Assembly: GCA_964589775.1 (NCBI GenBank)
Contig: CAZPUN010000046.1
Span: 1-19,008 of the forward strand
DNA: 19,008 bases
Reading direction: 5' to 3'
From: an uncultured archaeon
GTDB taxonomy: Archaea; Asgardarchaeota; Thorarchaeia; Thorarchaeales; CAZPUN01
The stretch's first letter is position 1, and every line of letters starts with the position of its first letter. A model generated the notes under the pieces. It did not search any database, was not told the origin of the DNA, and saw nothing but the letters and a program-made list of their open reading frames with translations. The translations under genes and the position numbers were made by a program. Below, piece after piece: positions 7,105 to 16,284 of this stretch.

Positions 7105-7953
7105 ATGATTAAAATGGTGGGAATTCGAGAGCCTCATGTTGCCGGGCAATTCTATGCAGGTTCGCGTGAGAGTCTCATTAAGCAAGTTGAGTCAGCTTTT
7201 TTACATCGTCTCGGACCGCAGGAATTACCAAAAGGAGAACCGGGTTATGATAGAAAAATAAAATCTATTGTAAGTCCTCATGCCGGGTATATCTATTCGG
7301 GGCACATAGCAGCTCATGGGTATCTTGAGCTTTTTAAAGATGGAAAACCGGAACATATTGTTATTCTAGGTCCCAATCATACAGGAATTGGTGAAGGTGT
7401 GGCAATATCAAATCTTGCATGGCGCACACCATTAGGCATTGTAGAACCTGATTTTGAAATTATTGATTCATTAGCGGAGCATCACATATTTAGTATTGAT
7501 AATTCTGCACATGCATGGGAACATAGTATCGAAGTGCAATTGCCTTTTCTCCAATACATTTTTGGTGATTTTCAATTTACTGCGATATGCATTAAGAACA
7601 TTAATTTTGAAGTATGCTCACTTGTAGGCGAGGTTCTTGCAGATCTTTCGAAGGATAAGGATCTACTTGTAATTGCAAGTTCTGATTTCACTCATTTTGA
7701 ATCTGCAGATTCTGCACGTAAAAGAGATACGCCTGCAATTGATTTCATCACAAAGTTAGATGCTGCTGGCTTTCATTCATATGTTGTACAGAATAATGTT
7801 TCAATATGTGGGCTTGGTCCAATTACAGCTGCGATATCCTTCTCGAAATCTGCAGGTGCACAAAAAGGCACATTATTGAAGTATGCAAATTCTGGTGATG
7901 TGAGCGGCGATTTTGGTAATGTTGTAGCTTATGCTTCAATAAAAATAGAATAA
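7105..7953 (+). CDS. amrB: MEMO1 family protein (AmmeMemoRadiSam system protein B)
   Basis: REPHVAGQFY, SPHAGYIYSG, LGPNHTG, EHSIEVQLPFLQ, ASSDFTH, SICG and VVAYAS. The start may be ATG 7114. Confidence 0.95.
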   Translation: MIKMVGIREPHVAGQFYAGSRESLIKQVESAFLHRLGPQELPKGEPGYDRKIKSIVSPHAGYIYSGHIAAHGYLELFKDGKPEHIVILGPNHTGIGEGVAISNLAWRTPLGIVEPDFEIIDSLAEHHIFSIDNSAHAWEHSIEVQLPFLQYIFGDFQFTAICIKNINFEVCSLVGEVLADLSKDKDLLVIASSDFTHFESADSARKRDTPAIDFITKLDAAGFHSYVVQNNVSICGLGPITAAISFSKSAGAQKGTLLKYANSGDVSGDFGNVVAYASIKIE

Positions 7954-7969
7954 AAAAGAAGCAAAGGCA

Positions 7970-8605
7970 CTATTCGACATTTGCATGTCTTTGCTTCATA
8001 TCACTTTCTGTTATTTCTAGTTTCTCCATCATGAGTGTCACTATGCTCTCAAGCAGTATCAGTGTAGTATCCTCAAATAGGGATCCCATAGGCGGTACTG
8101 GATGTCCAGCGCCAATTAGTCGTAATTCGCTCCAATCTAAGTTGGTTTCTTCTGATTCTTTATTCTTGACCTTAATTATTATAGATACATCAACGTATTT
8201 CATCAATGGGCTATCCGGATTTGTAGTAATTGCTAAGGTTTTCGCACCAATTCGCTTTGCGACTTCTGCTGCATTAACTGTGGATTTTGTTCTTCCACTT
8301 CCAGAAATTAGAATTATTGCATCATTTGAGCGTAGTGGTGGTGTGGTCGTACGACCGACAACATGTACTTCAAATCCGAGGTGCAACAGTCGCATAATGA
8401 ACGTTTCGCCAATTAATCTACTGCGTCCTTGTGCTGCAAGAAATATTCTGCCATCTCGGACTTTCGTCATGATTATCTCATCAATAAATTGTAAAACTGC
8501 GTCATCATCAACTTCATTAATGGCAAGCTCGATCATTTTTAGGATATCTTTTCCAAACAGCTTAACTGAAGGGAGCTCTTTTCTTTTATTATTTTTTTGA
8601 GTCAT
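7970..8605 (-). CDS. hxlB: 6-phospho-3-hexuloisomerase (SIS domain)
   Basis: GRS...F.MRL.HLG, ISGSGRT, PMGSLFE and a C-terminal RHANVE. Confidence 0.88.
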   Translation of the reverse strand: MTQKNNKRKELPSVKLFGKDILKMIELAINEVDDDAVLQFIDEIIMTKVRDGRIFLAAQGRSRLIGETFIMRLLHLGFEVHVVGRTTTPPLRSNDAIILISGSGRTKSTVNAAEVAKRIGAKTLAITTNPDSPLMKYVDVSIIIKVKNKESEETNLDWSELRLIGAGHPVPPMGSLFEDTTLILLESIVTLMMEKLEITESDMKQRHANVE

Positions 8606-8725
8606 ATGAGCGTCATTCCTTTACGACTGGCTTTCATTTTTTTTACTACTGTAAAGAATTTTAAATTTTTGCTTTCTCTATTATATTATTTCATGGATTT
8701 TTTGTTTCATAATTGATCGTAAGGT

Positions 8726-9463
8726 TTAGAATTCCCTTTCTTCGATCTTTTTTCTTCTTAAAATGTCTGGAAGAATTCTGTGTAAGATGTAGAGAAAGAT
8801 TGTCGGTAGGATAAATGAAATTGCTACAATAAGCATTTTCAAATTTTCCGGAACGTATTGTGAAGGGAGCATTGCTGAAATATAGTAAAAAGCCACAATT
8901 ACTGCGGAGATAGCATCTGGTGCGATATTATAAAAGGCTCCTGCTAATGCGCATAACACTCCAAATATTAGAAGCTTGCGTGATAATATGTTGGTTTGGC
9001 TGATCGTGATTTCTGTAAATTCAACATCTTCCTTGGGGATCGTATCAAAGTGAGCTGTCAAATATCTAATGAACCTAAAAGAGTCTAGTTGTTCTGAATT
9101 TTTAAATATGAATAGAAAACTAATTACTACTAATAGCAATGGCCAACCGATTGATTCAAATGCAATTAGAAAAACGAAAACAATTACGAATGCAATAATA
9201 ACCATGAGAATTCCCATCAGAGGTCCGGAAATTATACTACGGTCGTCTGCGAAGCTTCGCATTTTTTTACGGAGATGAAATTTTGATTCCTCAGTGAGGT
9301 TTTGTGAAATCCATTTTCCACTAATGTTATTTTCTTCTCCTTCAATTGGGAGTTCTCTCACACGTTTGATAAGTCCCTTTTGATAAACTGAGATTAGAAT
9401 TAGAAATAATCCAAATATTGTTATGAATATCTGAGATGCAACTGCGATTTCAGGACTTATCAA
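8726..9463 (-). CDS. Hypothetical multi-pass membrane protein (about 5-6 TM)
   Basis: Alternating hydrophobic and soluble segments. The ORF extends to 9565, but TTG at 9463 after a GGGTG RBS is more plausible because it leaves room for the divergent promoters shared with tyrS. Confidence 0.7.
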   Translation of the reverse strand: MISPEIAVASQIFITIFGLFLILISVYQKGLIKRVRELPIEGEENNISGKWISQNLTEESKFHLRKKMRSFADDRSIISGPLMGILMVIIAFVIVFVFLIAFESIGWPLLLVVISFLFIFKNSEQLDSFRFIRYLTAHFDTIPKEDVEFTEITISQTNILSRKLLIFGVLCALAGAFYNIAPDAISAVIVAFYYISAMLPSQYVPENLKMLIVAISFILPTIFLYILHRILPDILRRKKIEEREF

Positions 9464-9574
9464 ATTTAACACCCACTGGATATCAAAAGAGATGAGTTTA
9501 TATTCGTTATTGAAACGGTAATGTATAGTTTTATTGTTATATTTATTGAACAGCGCAATCATCAATAAAAAAGT

Positions 9575-10723
9575 GTGAGTACAATGGATGTTGAAAGTAG
9601 ATTAAAACTAATTAAGCGACTACCAACTGAGGAAATCTTGGTGGAAGACGAACTTGTTCAGATGCTTGAAACGGGAGTTCCTATCAAACATTATATCGGA
9701 TTTGAAATTTCTGGCTTGGTTCATATAGGTTCTGGACTTGTATGCACATCAAAAATAGCAGATTTTCAAAAGGCTGGCGTGGATGTTGAGATCTTCCTTG
9801 CTGATTGGCACGCGTGGATCAATAACAAATTAGGTGGCGATCTTGAGTTCATAAATGAAGTTGGGCATCTCTACTTTAAACAAATGCTTCTTGCTGGTTT
9901 GAAATCGATGGGTGGAGACCCTGATAAGGTTCGCGTGGTTTATGGTACTGAACTTTATCACAATAATGATGAATATTGGCAGATTATGATTGATGTTGCA
10001 AAGAATATGACTCTTGCGCGTGCAAAGCGTTCGATCACAATTCTTGGGCGTCAATCTGCAGAAGAAGGTATCCCTCTTGCACATTTGATTTATCCCGCAA
10101 TGCAAGTTGCAGATATTTATTCGCAGCGAGTAAATCTTGCGCATGCTGGTACGGACCAACGAAAGGCACATGTAGTTGCACGTGACGTAGGTAAGAAGCT
10201 CAAATATAATCCTCTTGAATGGAATGGGGAGAAGCATAAACCAGTCGCGATTCACCATCATGTTGTACTTGGTCTTCAACAGCCTGCAGTATGGCCAATT
10301 CCTCCAGACATGGACCGAAAAGAGCTCATGGCAAGTAATAAAATGAGCAAATCAATTCCCGGTTCCGCAATTTTCATACATGATCCACCTGAGGTTATTC
10401 GAAAGAAAATCCGAAAAGGTTTCTGTCCTGCGAAAATCACTGATTATAATCCTGTTCTTGATTGGGCTAAGCATATTATATTCCGTGGAGGAGAAGTTGA
10501 GCTTAATATTTCACGCCCTGCAAAGTTCGGCGGTGATATTACATACTATCGTTATGAAGATCTCGAGAAAGATTTTGCAGAGGGTAAGTTACATCCGATG
10601 GATCTTAAGAACGGTATTGCAGAAAAGCTCATAGAAATTCTGGAGCCTGCTAGAAAGATTTTTGAGTCTGATAGGAAAATTCAAGAAATAGCCGAACGAA
10701 TCAGTAAGTCTATAACGCGATAG
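9575..10723 (+). CDS. tyrS: Tyrosine--tRNA ligase, archaeal/eukaryotic type
   Basis: YIGFEISG..HIGS (HIGH motif), LADWHAWINNK, IYPAMQVADI, GTDQRKAH, KMSKS and LHPMDLK. The start may be ATG 9584. Confidence 0.97.
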   Translation: MSTMDVESRLKLIKRLPTEEILVEDELVQMLETGVPIKHYIGFEISGLVHIGSGLVCTSKIADFQKAGVDVEIFLADWHAWINNKLGGDLEFINEVGHLYFKQMLLAGLKSMGGDPDKVRVVYGTELYHNNDEYWQIMIDVAKNMTLARAKRSITILGRQSAEEGIPLAHLIYPAMQVADIYSQRVNLAHAGTDQRKAHVVARDVGKKLKYNPLEWNGEKHKPVAIHHHVVLGLQQPAVWPIPPDMDRKELMASNKMSKSIPGSAIFIHDPPEVIRKKIRKGFCPAKITDYNPVLDWAKHIIFRGGEVELNISRPAKFGGDITYYRYEDLEKDFAEGKLHPMDLKNGIAEKLIEILEPARKIFESDRKIQEIAERISKSITR

Positions 10724-10742
10724 GCATCAAGCTGGTGATCAT

Positions 10743-11285
10743 TTGCTAATGCGGGAGCACAGATTCAAAACAAAAGATGGTCGCGATATTTTAGTAAGAC
10801 CTGCTGAAATCCGAGATGCTCCCGCACTTAATAAAATATATGCGGATACAATTGCTGAACGTAAGTATCTTCCTGAACTTTTTGTATCTCTTTCTCTTGA
10901 CGAATGGCGTGAATGGTTAGCAAAGGTAAATCAGAATCGAGAGGTCATATTGGTTGCTGAGGTGGATAAACAAGTCGTAGGACATGTTTCTTTGCAACCC
11001 GAGGAATGGCAAACCTCACAACATGTCTGTATTCTTGGAATTATCGTTAAGAAAGGATTCAGAAATATTGGTATTGGAAAAGCGTTGATCCTTGCAGCTA
11101 TTGATGCGGCCTTAATTGTTGGATACAAAAAGATAACTCTCAGTGTTTTCGCAAATAATTCGCGAGCAATTGCATTATATAAAAAAATTGGATTTGAGCA
11201 GGTTGGATGCCGTAGGAAACAATTCTACATGAATCATGAATATATCGATGAGGTTTTGATGGAATTGTTTATTGCGCCTCTTTAG
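10743..11285 (+). CDS. GNAT family N-acetyltransferase
   Basis: Acetyl-CoA motif FRNIGIGKAL, plus LSVFANNSRAIALYKKIGF and YIDEVLM. A GGTGA RBS precedes the TTG start. Confidence 0.9.
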   Translation: MLMREHRFKTKDGRDILVRPAEIRDAPALNKIYADTIAERKYLPELFVSLSLDEWREWLAKVNQNREVILVAEVDKQVVGHVSLQPEEWQTSQHVCILGIIVKKGFRNIGIGKALILAAIDAALIVGYKKITLSVFANNSRAIALYKKIGFEQVGCRRKQFYMNHEYIDEVLMELFIAPL

Positions 11286-11287
11286 AT

Positions 11288-13297
11288 TCAGACCCAGTAG
11301 CCTTCAAAAAATTCGTCTAGTGCATGAGTGATCACGTTAAAGTTTGTGCCCGGGTTGATAATTGCGAGGCGTTCTCGAAGCCATGGGCTTATTCTTGCGA
11401 TATTTCTGGATGCTTGATATCGTGTATCTAGAAGAATTCCTACTGCGAAATCTTTTTTATGTCTCCAGACTCTACCGAGAGCTTGATTTAATGCGCTGAA
11501 TGCTTGGTCCATATACCACTCATTTCCAAGTCCCCGTTTCTTATTTTCGAAGTAGTTTATCTGAGCGACTATTCGTGGATCTGTTATGTTCGGATATGGT
11601 AAGCCAACAATAATTACTGCACGTCCGAGTCTATCTGGGAAATTTTGCCCCTCACTAATCGTGCCTCTGGAGACTGCGAACAGAACTGCTTGCCCCTTTT
11701 CTGCTTTTTCTTTAAACTCCATTAGATATTTAATATCCTTTTTTGCTTGTTCTACATAAGTTGGAACATTAAATGCATCGAGAATTTTCTCATCGCTCCA
11801 GATTCTCAAAAACTTCCACATTAAGTCATAACTTGGGAAAAATACTAGTGTTCCAAAGGGAATGTGCTCTATCAAATGTTGAATTGTTCTTCCATATTCT
11901 TTGATTATTTCCATATTCTCTCTGAATTCGAATTTTGTGCTTAGTGGGACTCTATTGGGGCCTTCAGCTATCGATAATAATAGAATATTTTCGCGTGGTA
12001 TTACTGTTGGATATGCTTTGGTCATGGGTTTATATGCTCCAAGTCGTGTTGCGGTAGATTCTAACGGGCTTAAAGTTCCGCTAGTAATTATGATACTTTG
12101 TGGTCCTGAGCCAAGTAATCTGTTAAAACCTAAGCGTGGATCTAAGCACCGCCATTCCAGAATTTTGAGCGAATCAATTGACCTCCATATTCCTGAATAA
12201 TATTTCTCGTCGGTGTGCAACAATGCATTAAAGAACATATAGATTTTAAAGATGGCAGTTTGTTCAAGTAGAATTGCTTTCTGTTTCTTTTCAACAAGTA
12301 ATCTATGAATTTCTACAATATCGTACCATGCGCCTCCTAGTCTTTCAATATCCGGCATGGTCATGTCGAAATTTCCAAGTTCCTCTAAAATTTCTTTTCT
12401 ATCCAAAATTTGGCCATCTTCGAAGTGAACGTCATCGAAAAAGTTTTCGAGTTTTACCAGAGCTGAGTAAATCTCAGTCAAATGTGGATTTTTTACTTCT
12501 CTAATCTCGGAAATGGCTGTTGTAACATCAATTCGGTCCATCTGGAAACTCAATTCATCCTGGAAGAAATTCTCAATGTTGTGACCTTCATCCAAAACAA
12601 TAATTTGTCCTTTATATTGATCATTTCCAGTTAATAGATAGTTATAGGCACTGATCACAACATCATATTCCTTTGCAAGTAGTCTCGCAAGGTAGTATGG
12701 ACAAAATCCGTTTTCTTCGCCATATCTTCGTAACTCATCTGGTCCTGCAACTATAGGTACATCTTCTGGAATTGTTTGTGGAATTCTGATTCTTTGTCCT
12801 TCAAAATCACACCATAGACTTTCTGCGGGTAGTCGTTCGAACATATCTCCTGCAGTAAAACCTTCTACTTTTCGTAATTCAACCAATCTACGTCCATCGT
12901 ATTTTCGCCTTATATTACTCAAACAGATTTCAGCACCCTTTGTATATGTGGCTGCTCGGACATCTTTTCTTAGGCACAAAATCTCTCTGGAGCCTCTCAC
13001 TACCGCACGTATGTTATGCCCGTGCTCATTAATCTTTTTAATCTCTTCGATGATCTGTCTCATCTGATTGTGTGTTCTTGTGAAATAAAAAATCCTTTTC
13101 CCACTACCTAACGTTGCAGACAATATCGCAAGTGTTTTGCCGAATCCTGTGGGTGCTTCAGATAGAAAGACCTTTTCATTTTCTATTGCTTTTTCTATAT
13201 CTTTCATAAATTCTTCCTGTATTGTATATGGTTCATAAGGAAAATATTTCATATATTTGTTCGTGCTCATTTGTATCCCTGAAATCCTTTGCTTCAA
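11288..13297 (-). CDS. xpd: XPD/Rad3-family Fe-S 5'-3' DNA helicase
   Basis: Q motif FPYEPYTIQ, Walker A APTGFGKT, RTHNQ, four Fe-S Cys (LC, IC, WC, CPYY), LDEGHN, TSGTLSP, VFFPSY, VGLPYP and NQALGRVWRH. The real start is probably ATG 13270. Confidence 0.93.
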   Translation of the reverse strand: MKQRISGIQMSTNKYMKYFPYEPYTIQEEFMKDIEKAIENEKVFLSEAPTGFGKTLAILSATLGSGKRIFYFTRTHNQMRQIIEEIKKINEHGHNIRAVVRGSREILCLRKDVRAATYTKGAEICLSNIRRKYDGRRLVELRKVEGFTAGDMFERLPAESLWCDFEGQRIRIPQTIPEDVPIVAGPDELRRYGEENGFCPYYLARLLAKEYDVVISAYNYLLTGNDQYKGQIIVLDEGHNIENFFQDELSFQMDRIDVTTAISEIREVKNPHLTEIYSALVKLENFFDDVHFEDGQILDRKEILEELGNFDMTMPDIERLGGAWYDIVEIHRLLVEKKQKAILLEQTAIFKIYMFFNALLHTDEKYYSGIWRSIDSLKILEWRCLDPRLGFNRLLGSGPQSIIITSGTLSPLESTATRLGAYKPMTKAYPTVIPRENILLLSIAEGPNRVPLSTKFEFRENMEIIKEYGRTIQHLIEHIPFGTLVFFPSYDLMWKFLRIWSDEKILDAFNVPTYVEQAKKDIKYLMEFKEKAEKGQAVLFAVSRGTISEGQNFPDRLGRAVIIVGLPYPNITDPRIVAQINYFENKKRGLGNEWYMDQAFSALNQALGRVWRHKKDFAVGILLDTRYQASRNIARISPWLRERLAIINPGTNFNVITHALDEFFEGYWV

Positions 13298-13393
13298 TGA
13301 TATTTTTTTAGCGATCCTATTTTAAGTAAACCATAATTATTTTATTAAATTTTAATTTATATTTACTAGTAAAAATTGAAAAAATTCGGAGAA

Positions 13394-13714
13394 CTAATAG
13401 AAGAAGATATCGATAATAACTTCCAATACGAATAACAATCCTGATAATATGATATATTTTACACCTTGTGAATATTTCTCTGTGGGTAATGATTCGCCTC
13501 TATGTTCTTTCTTGAGCTCTCCAGATAGGATGCATCCACCAAAAATAAGGAACAGACCTATTTCTGCGAACATGAATAAATCCAAGAGACTAATAGGATT
13601 TGCTCCTGTACCCAAGCTTATAATTGTACTTGCAACAACATTGATTAATAGAAGAACTCCAATATACAAAAACATATCTTCTATTAGATCGAATACTTTT
13701 TCTTTGTTTTTCAT
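13394..13714 (-). CDS. Small hypothetical membrane protein (3 TM; DUF3899-like layout)
   Basis: 106 aa with three hydrophobic helices and a GGTG RBS upstream. The family assignment is tentative. Confidence 0.7.
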   Translation of the reverse strand: MKNKEKVFDLIEDMFLYIGVLLLINVVASTIISLGTGANPISLLDLFMFAEIGLFLIFGGCILSGELKKEHRGESLPTEKYSQGVKYIILSGLLFVLEVIIDIFFY

Positions 13715-13905
13715 GAATTAAACACCGTTTTAAGGAATTTATGCAGTTATTCTATCAGATATATTTAAGATTTTCCAGATGGCAAATAAGATTAACTTTT
13801 TCATCTTTGCAATAGAATTTATTCTTGTTTAGTTTAAATCCCGCATAATCTAAAAATCCGTAAGCTACTAAATCTCATGTACTGTCCTCTTTTAAAAAAT
13901 TAAAT

Positions 13906-14115
13906 TTATAAAATTGCGAACAATATTGTTATTGCAAACATGACGAGGAGCATAACTACAATTGGCAAGAATATTGTTTCTAAGCTTGCGATGAATATCG
14001 CTATATAATCTTTACCTTCTAATTTTACTGGCTTTTTCTTTTCTTCGGGATTTTGTTCTTCCAGATACCATAGTGGATCTCTTTCATGGTCTGAATCTGT
14101 CATATCATTCACCAC
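13906..14115 (-). CDS. Small membrane protein downstream of the peptide ABC operon
   Basis: Acidic N-terminus followed by a hydrophobic C-terminus (LEGKDYIAIFIASLETIFLP...). The likely start is ATG 14103, after GGTGA. Confidence 0.7.
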   Translation of the reverse strand: MVNDMTDSDHERDPLWYLEEQNPEEKKKPVKLEGKDYIAIFIASLETIFLPIVVMLLVMFAITILFAIL

Positions 14116-14134
14116 TTCAAAACGAGTTTATTTT

Positions 14135-14174
14135 TTAATATAAATAAAATTGTAGGTTAGGGATTTTCCCTAAC
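14135..14174 (-). terminator. Hairpin terminator or 3' stabiliser after oppF
   Basis: 8-bp stem GTTAGGGA/TCCCTAAC (14156-14174) starting 2 nt after the stop codon, followed by TTTTATTT on the minus strand. Confidence 0.6.
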
Positions 14175-14176
14175 TT

Positions 14177-15142
14177 TTAATCAAACAAGTGACAGGCAAC
14201 AAAATGTCCGCCGCCAATATCCTTGAGCTCTGGTTCTTCTTCTCTACAAATCGGCATAGCCTCTGGGCAACGTGGATGAAATCTGCAACCTTTCGGTGGA
14301 TTTACTGGACTTGGGACTTCACCTTTTAGAACACCTAGTTTGCCTTTGAATTTGGGATCTGGAATTGGAACAGCTTTGATAAGGGCTTTTGTGTATGGAT
14401 GAGCGGCTTCTTCGAATATGTCGTGTGGTGATAATTCTACAAGTTTTCCGAGATACATGACACCGATTCTATCGCTTACGTGCTTTATAACTGATAGATT
14501 GTGTGAAATGAATAAGTATGTGAGTTTGAATTCTTCCTGTAAGTCCTTTAGCAAGTTCAAAATCTGAGCTTGAACTGACACATCTAATGATGCTGTTGGT
14601 TCGTCTAACACAACGAATTCTGGTTTCAGTGCTAAAGCACGGGCAATAACGATTCTTTGTCTCTGGCCTCCACTAAATTCATGTGGGAATCTGTTCAAGT
14701 GGTCTTCGTTCAAACCGACTTTCTGCAAAAGTTCTAGTACCATATCTCTCATTTTGCGTCCTTTTGCAATTCCATTAATGACTAATGGTTCTCCGACTGC
14801 ATTTTTAATAGTAGTTCTTGGGTCTAGTGAAGCAAATGGGTCTTGAAATACCATCTGCATTTTAGTTCTAAGATGGCGTAAATCTTTGCCCTTTAATTTA
14901 GTGATATCCTTTCCATTGAATTTAATTTTGCCTGATGTTGGTTCGATTAATCTAAGCAAGAGTCTTCCGGTGGTTGTCTTTCCACAACCTGATTCTCCTA
15001 CAAGTCCGACTGTTTCACCCTTGTAGATTTTAAAGCTCACATCATCAACTGCATGAACATATCCAATTACTTTTCGGAATACTCCTCCGGTCAATGGGAA
15101 GTATTTCTTTAAATGTTCAACTTCAAGCAATGGTTCTGCCAT
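14177..15142 (-). CDS. oppF: Oligo/dipeptide ABC transporter ATP-binding subunit
   Basis: GESGCGKTT, FSGGQRQR, LDEPT, AHPYT and the C-terminal Cys motif GCRFHPRC..C..C. Confidence 0.95.
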   Translation of the reverse strand: MAEPLLEVEHLKKYFPLTGGVFRKVIGYVHAVDDVSFKIYKGETVGLVGESGCGKTTTGRLLLRLIEPTSGKIKFNGKDITKLKGKDLRHLRTKMQMVFQDPFASLDPRTTIKNAVGEPLVINGIAKGRKMRDMVLELLQKVGLNEDHLNRFPHEFSGGQRQRIVIARALALKPEFVVLDEPTASLDVSVQAQILNLLKDLQEEFKLTYLFISHNLSVIKHVSDRIGVMYLGKLVELSPHDIFEEAAHPYTKALIKAVPIPDPKFKGKLGVLKGEVPSPVNPPKGCRFHPRCPEAMPICREEEPELKDIGGGHFVACHLFD

Positions 15143-15143
15143 T

Positions 15144-16280
15144 TTAGTTTCCTCCGTTGGTTACTGGATGGTAGCAGGCGACATAATGTCCCGGCTCTAC
15201 CTCCTGAACTGGTGGCTTTTGTTTCTTACATTCTTCAGTTGCGTAATCACATCTGGGATGGAATCTGCATCCAGATGGTGGATATATTAAGTTTGGAACG
15301 CTTCCTCTTATAGTTGCAAGTCTATCTAATTTCTTATCAAGTCGTGGAATTGCTGCAAGAAGACCCTTGGTATATGGATGTGTAGGATTATAGAATACTT
15401 TCTCAACAGGTCCTCGCTCTACAATTACACCTGCGTACATGACTGCTACACTATCACAAGTGTTTGCGACAACTCCAAGATCGTGCGTAATAATTATGAC
15501 TGAAGAATTGAATTTATCCTTAAGCTCATTAATGAGTTCTAGAACTTGTGCCTGAATAGTTACATCGAGAGCTGTAGTTGCTTCATCTGCGATAAATAGT
15601 ACAGGATTACACGAAAGTGCCATAGCAATCATTGCTCGTTGTCGCATTCCACCGCTAAGTTCATGTGGATATTGATCGACTACTTTTTCCGGATATGGCA
15701 TTCTTACAAGCTTAAGCATTTTGATTGCTTCTTCTCTTGCAACTTCATCTAGTTCCTTCTTAGTGGGCTTAGGAGGATTATCTCGTAATGCTTCATATTC
15801 TTTTAGTTTTTTCTCAAGTTTTTCCCGCTTACTATCTGGAAGATTCTTATCTTCGAGTGCTTCCTTTAGTTTTTTGATTCGCATATCATGTACGCGGTCT
15901 GTAAGGTCTTGGTGTAGCTTTATAACTTCTGCAATCTGATATCCGATTGTAAATACCGGGTTTGTATATGTCATTGGGTCTTGGAATACAATTGCGATTT
16001 TGCTGCCTCGGATCTTTCGCATTTCTTCATCACTAAGCTTAAGGAGGTCTGTTCCTTCTAGAATAACCTGTCCCTCTTCAATTTTTCCGGGTGGTAGTAC
16101 TAATCTCATAATTGATCTTGCCGTGACTGATTTTCCGCATCCTGTTTCGCCTACAAGTCCTACGGTCTCGCCTCTTCTGATTTTCAGGTTTATTCCATCG
16201 AGTGCTTTTACAACACCTTCATATGTGTAAAAGTTCGTTTTTAGATCTTTTATCTCTAATACAATATCTTCGTTGGACAC
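15144..16280 (-). CDS. oppD: Oligo/dipeptide ABC transporter ATP-binding subunit
   Basis: GETGCGKS, FQDPM, LSGGMRQR, DEATTALDVTIQAQ, HPYT and GCRFHPRC. GTG start after GGAGG. Confidence 0.95.
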   Translation of the reverse strand: MSNEDIVLEIKDLKTNFYTYEGVVKALDGINLKIRRGETVGLVGETGCGKSVTARSIMRLVLPPGKIEEGQVILEGTDLLKLSDEEMRKIRGSKIAIVFQDPMTYTNPVFTIGYQIAEVIKLHQDLTDRVHDMRIKKLKEALEDKNLPDSKREKLEKKLKEYEALRDNPPKPTKKELDEVAREEAIKMLKLVRMPYPEKVVDQYPHELSGGMRQRAMIAMALSCNPVLFIADEATTALDVTIQAQVLELINELKDKFNSSVIIITHDLGVVANTCDSVAVMYAGVIVERGPVEKVFYNPTHPYTKGLLAAIPRLDKKLDRLATIRGSVPNLIYPPSGCRFHPRCDYATEECKKQKPPVQEVEPGHYVACYHPVTNGGN

Positions 16281-16284
16281 TTTT

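Noticed and set aside
8031-8600. 189-aa + strand ORF and the other antisense or overlapping ORFs in the track (e.g. 9830-10279, 6892-7185, 16202-16540, 2594-2776)
   Set aside because: They are shadows of confidently identified genes or lack motifs and a plausible RBS.
13836-13877. Three spaced AAATC(C) words whose minus strand (GGATTTTTAGATTATGCG) resembles the motif at 1044-1057
   Set aside because: Too short and AT-rich to distinguish from chance.
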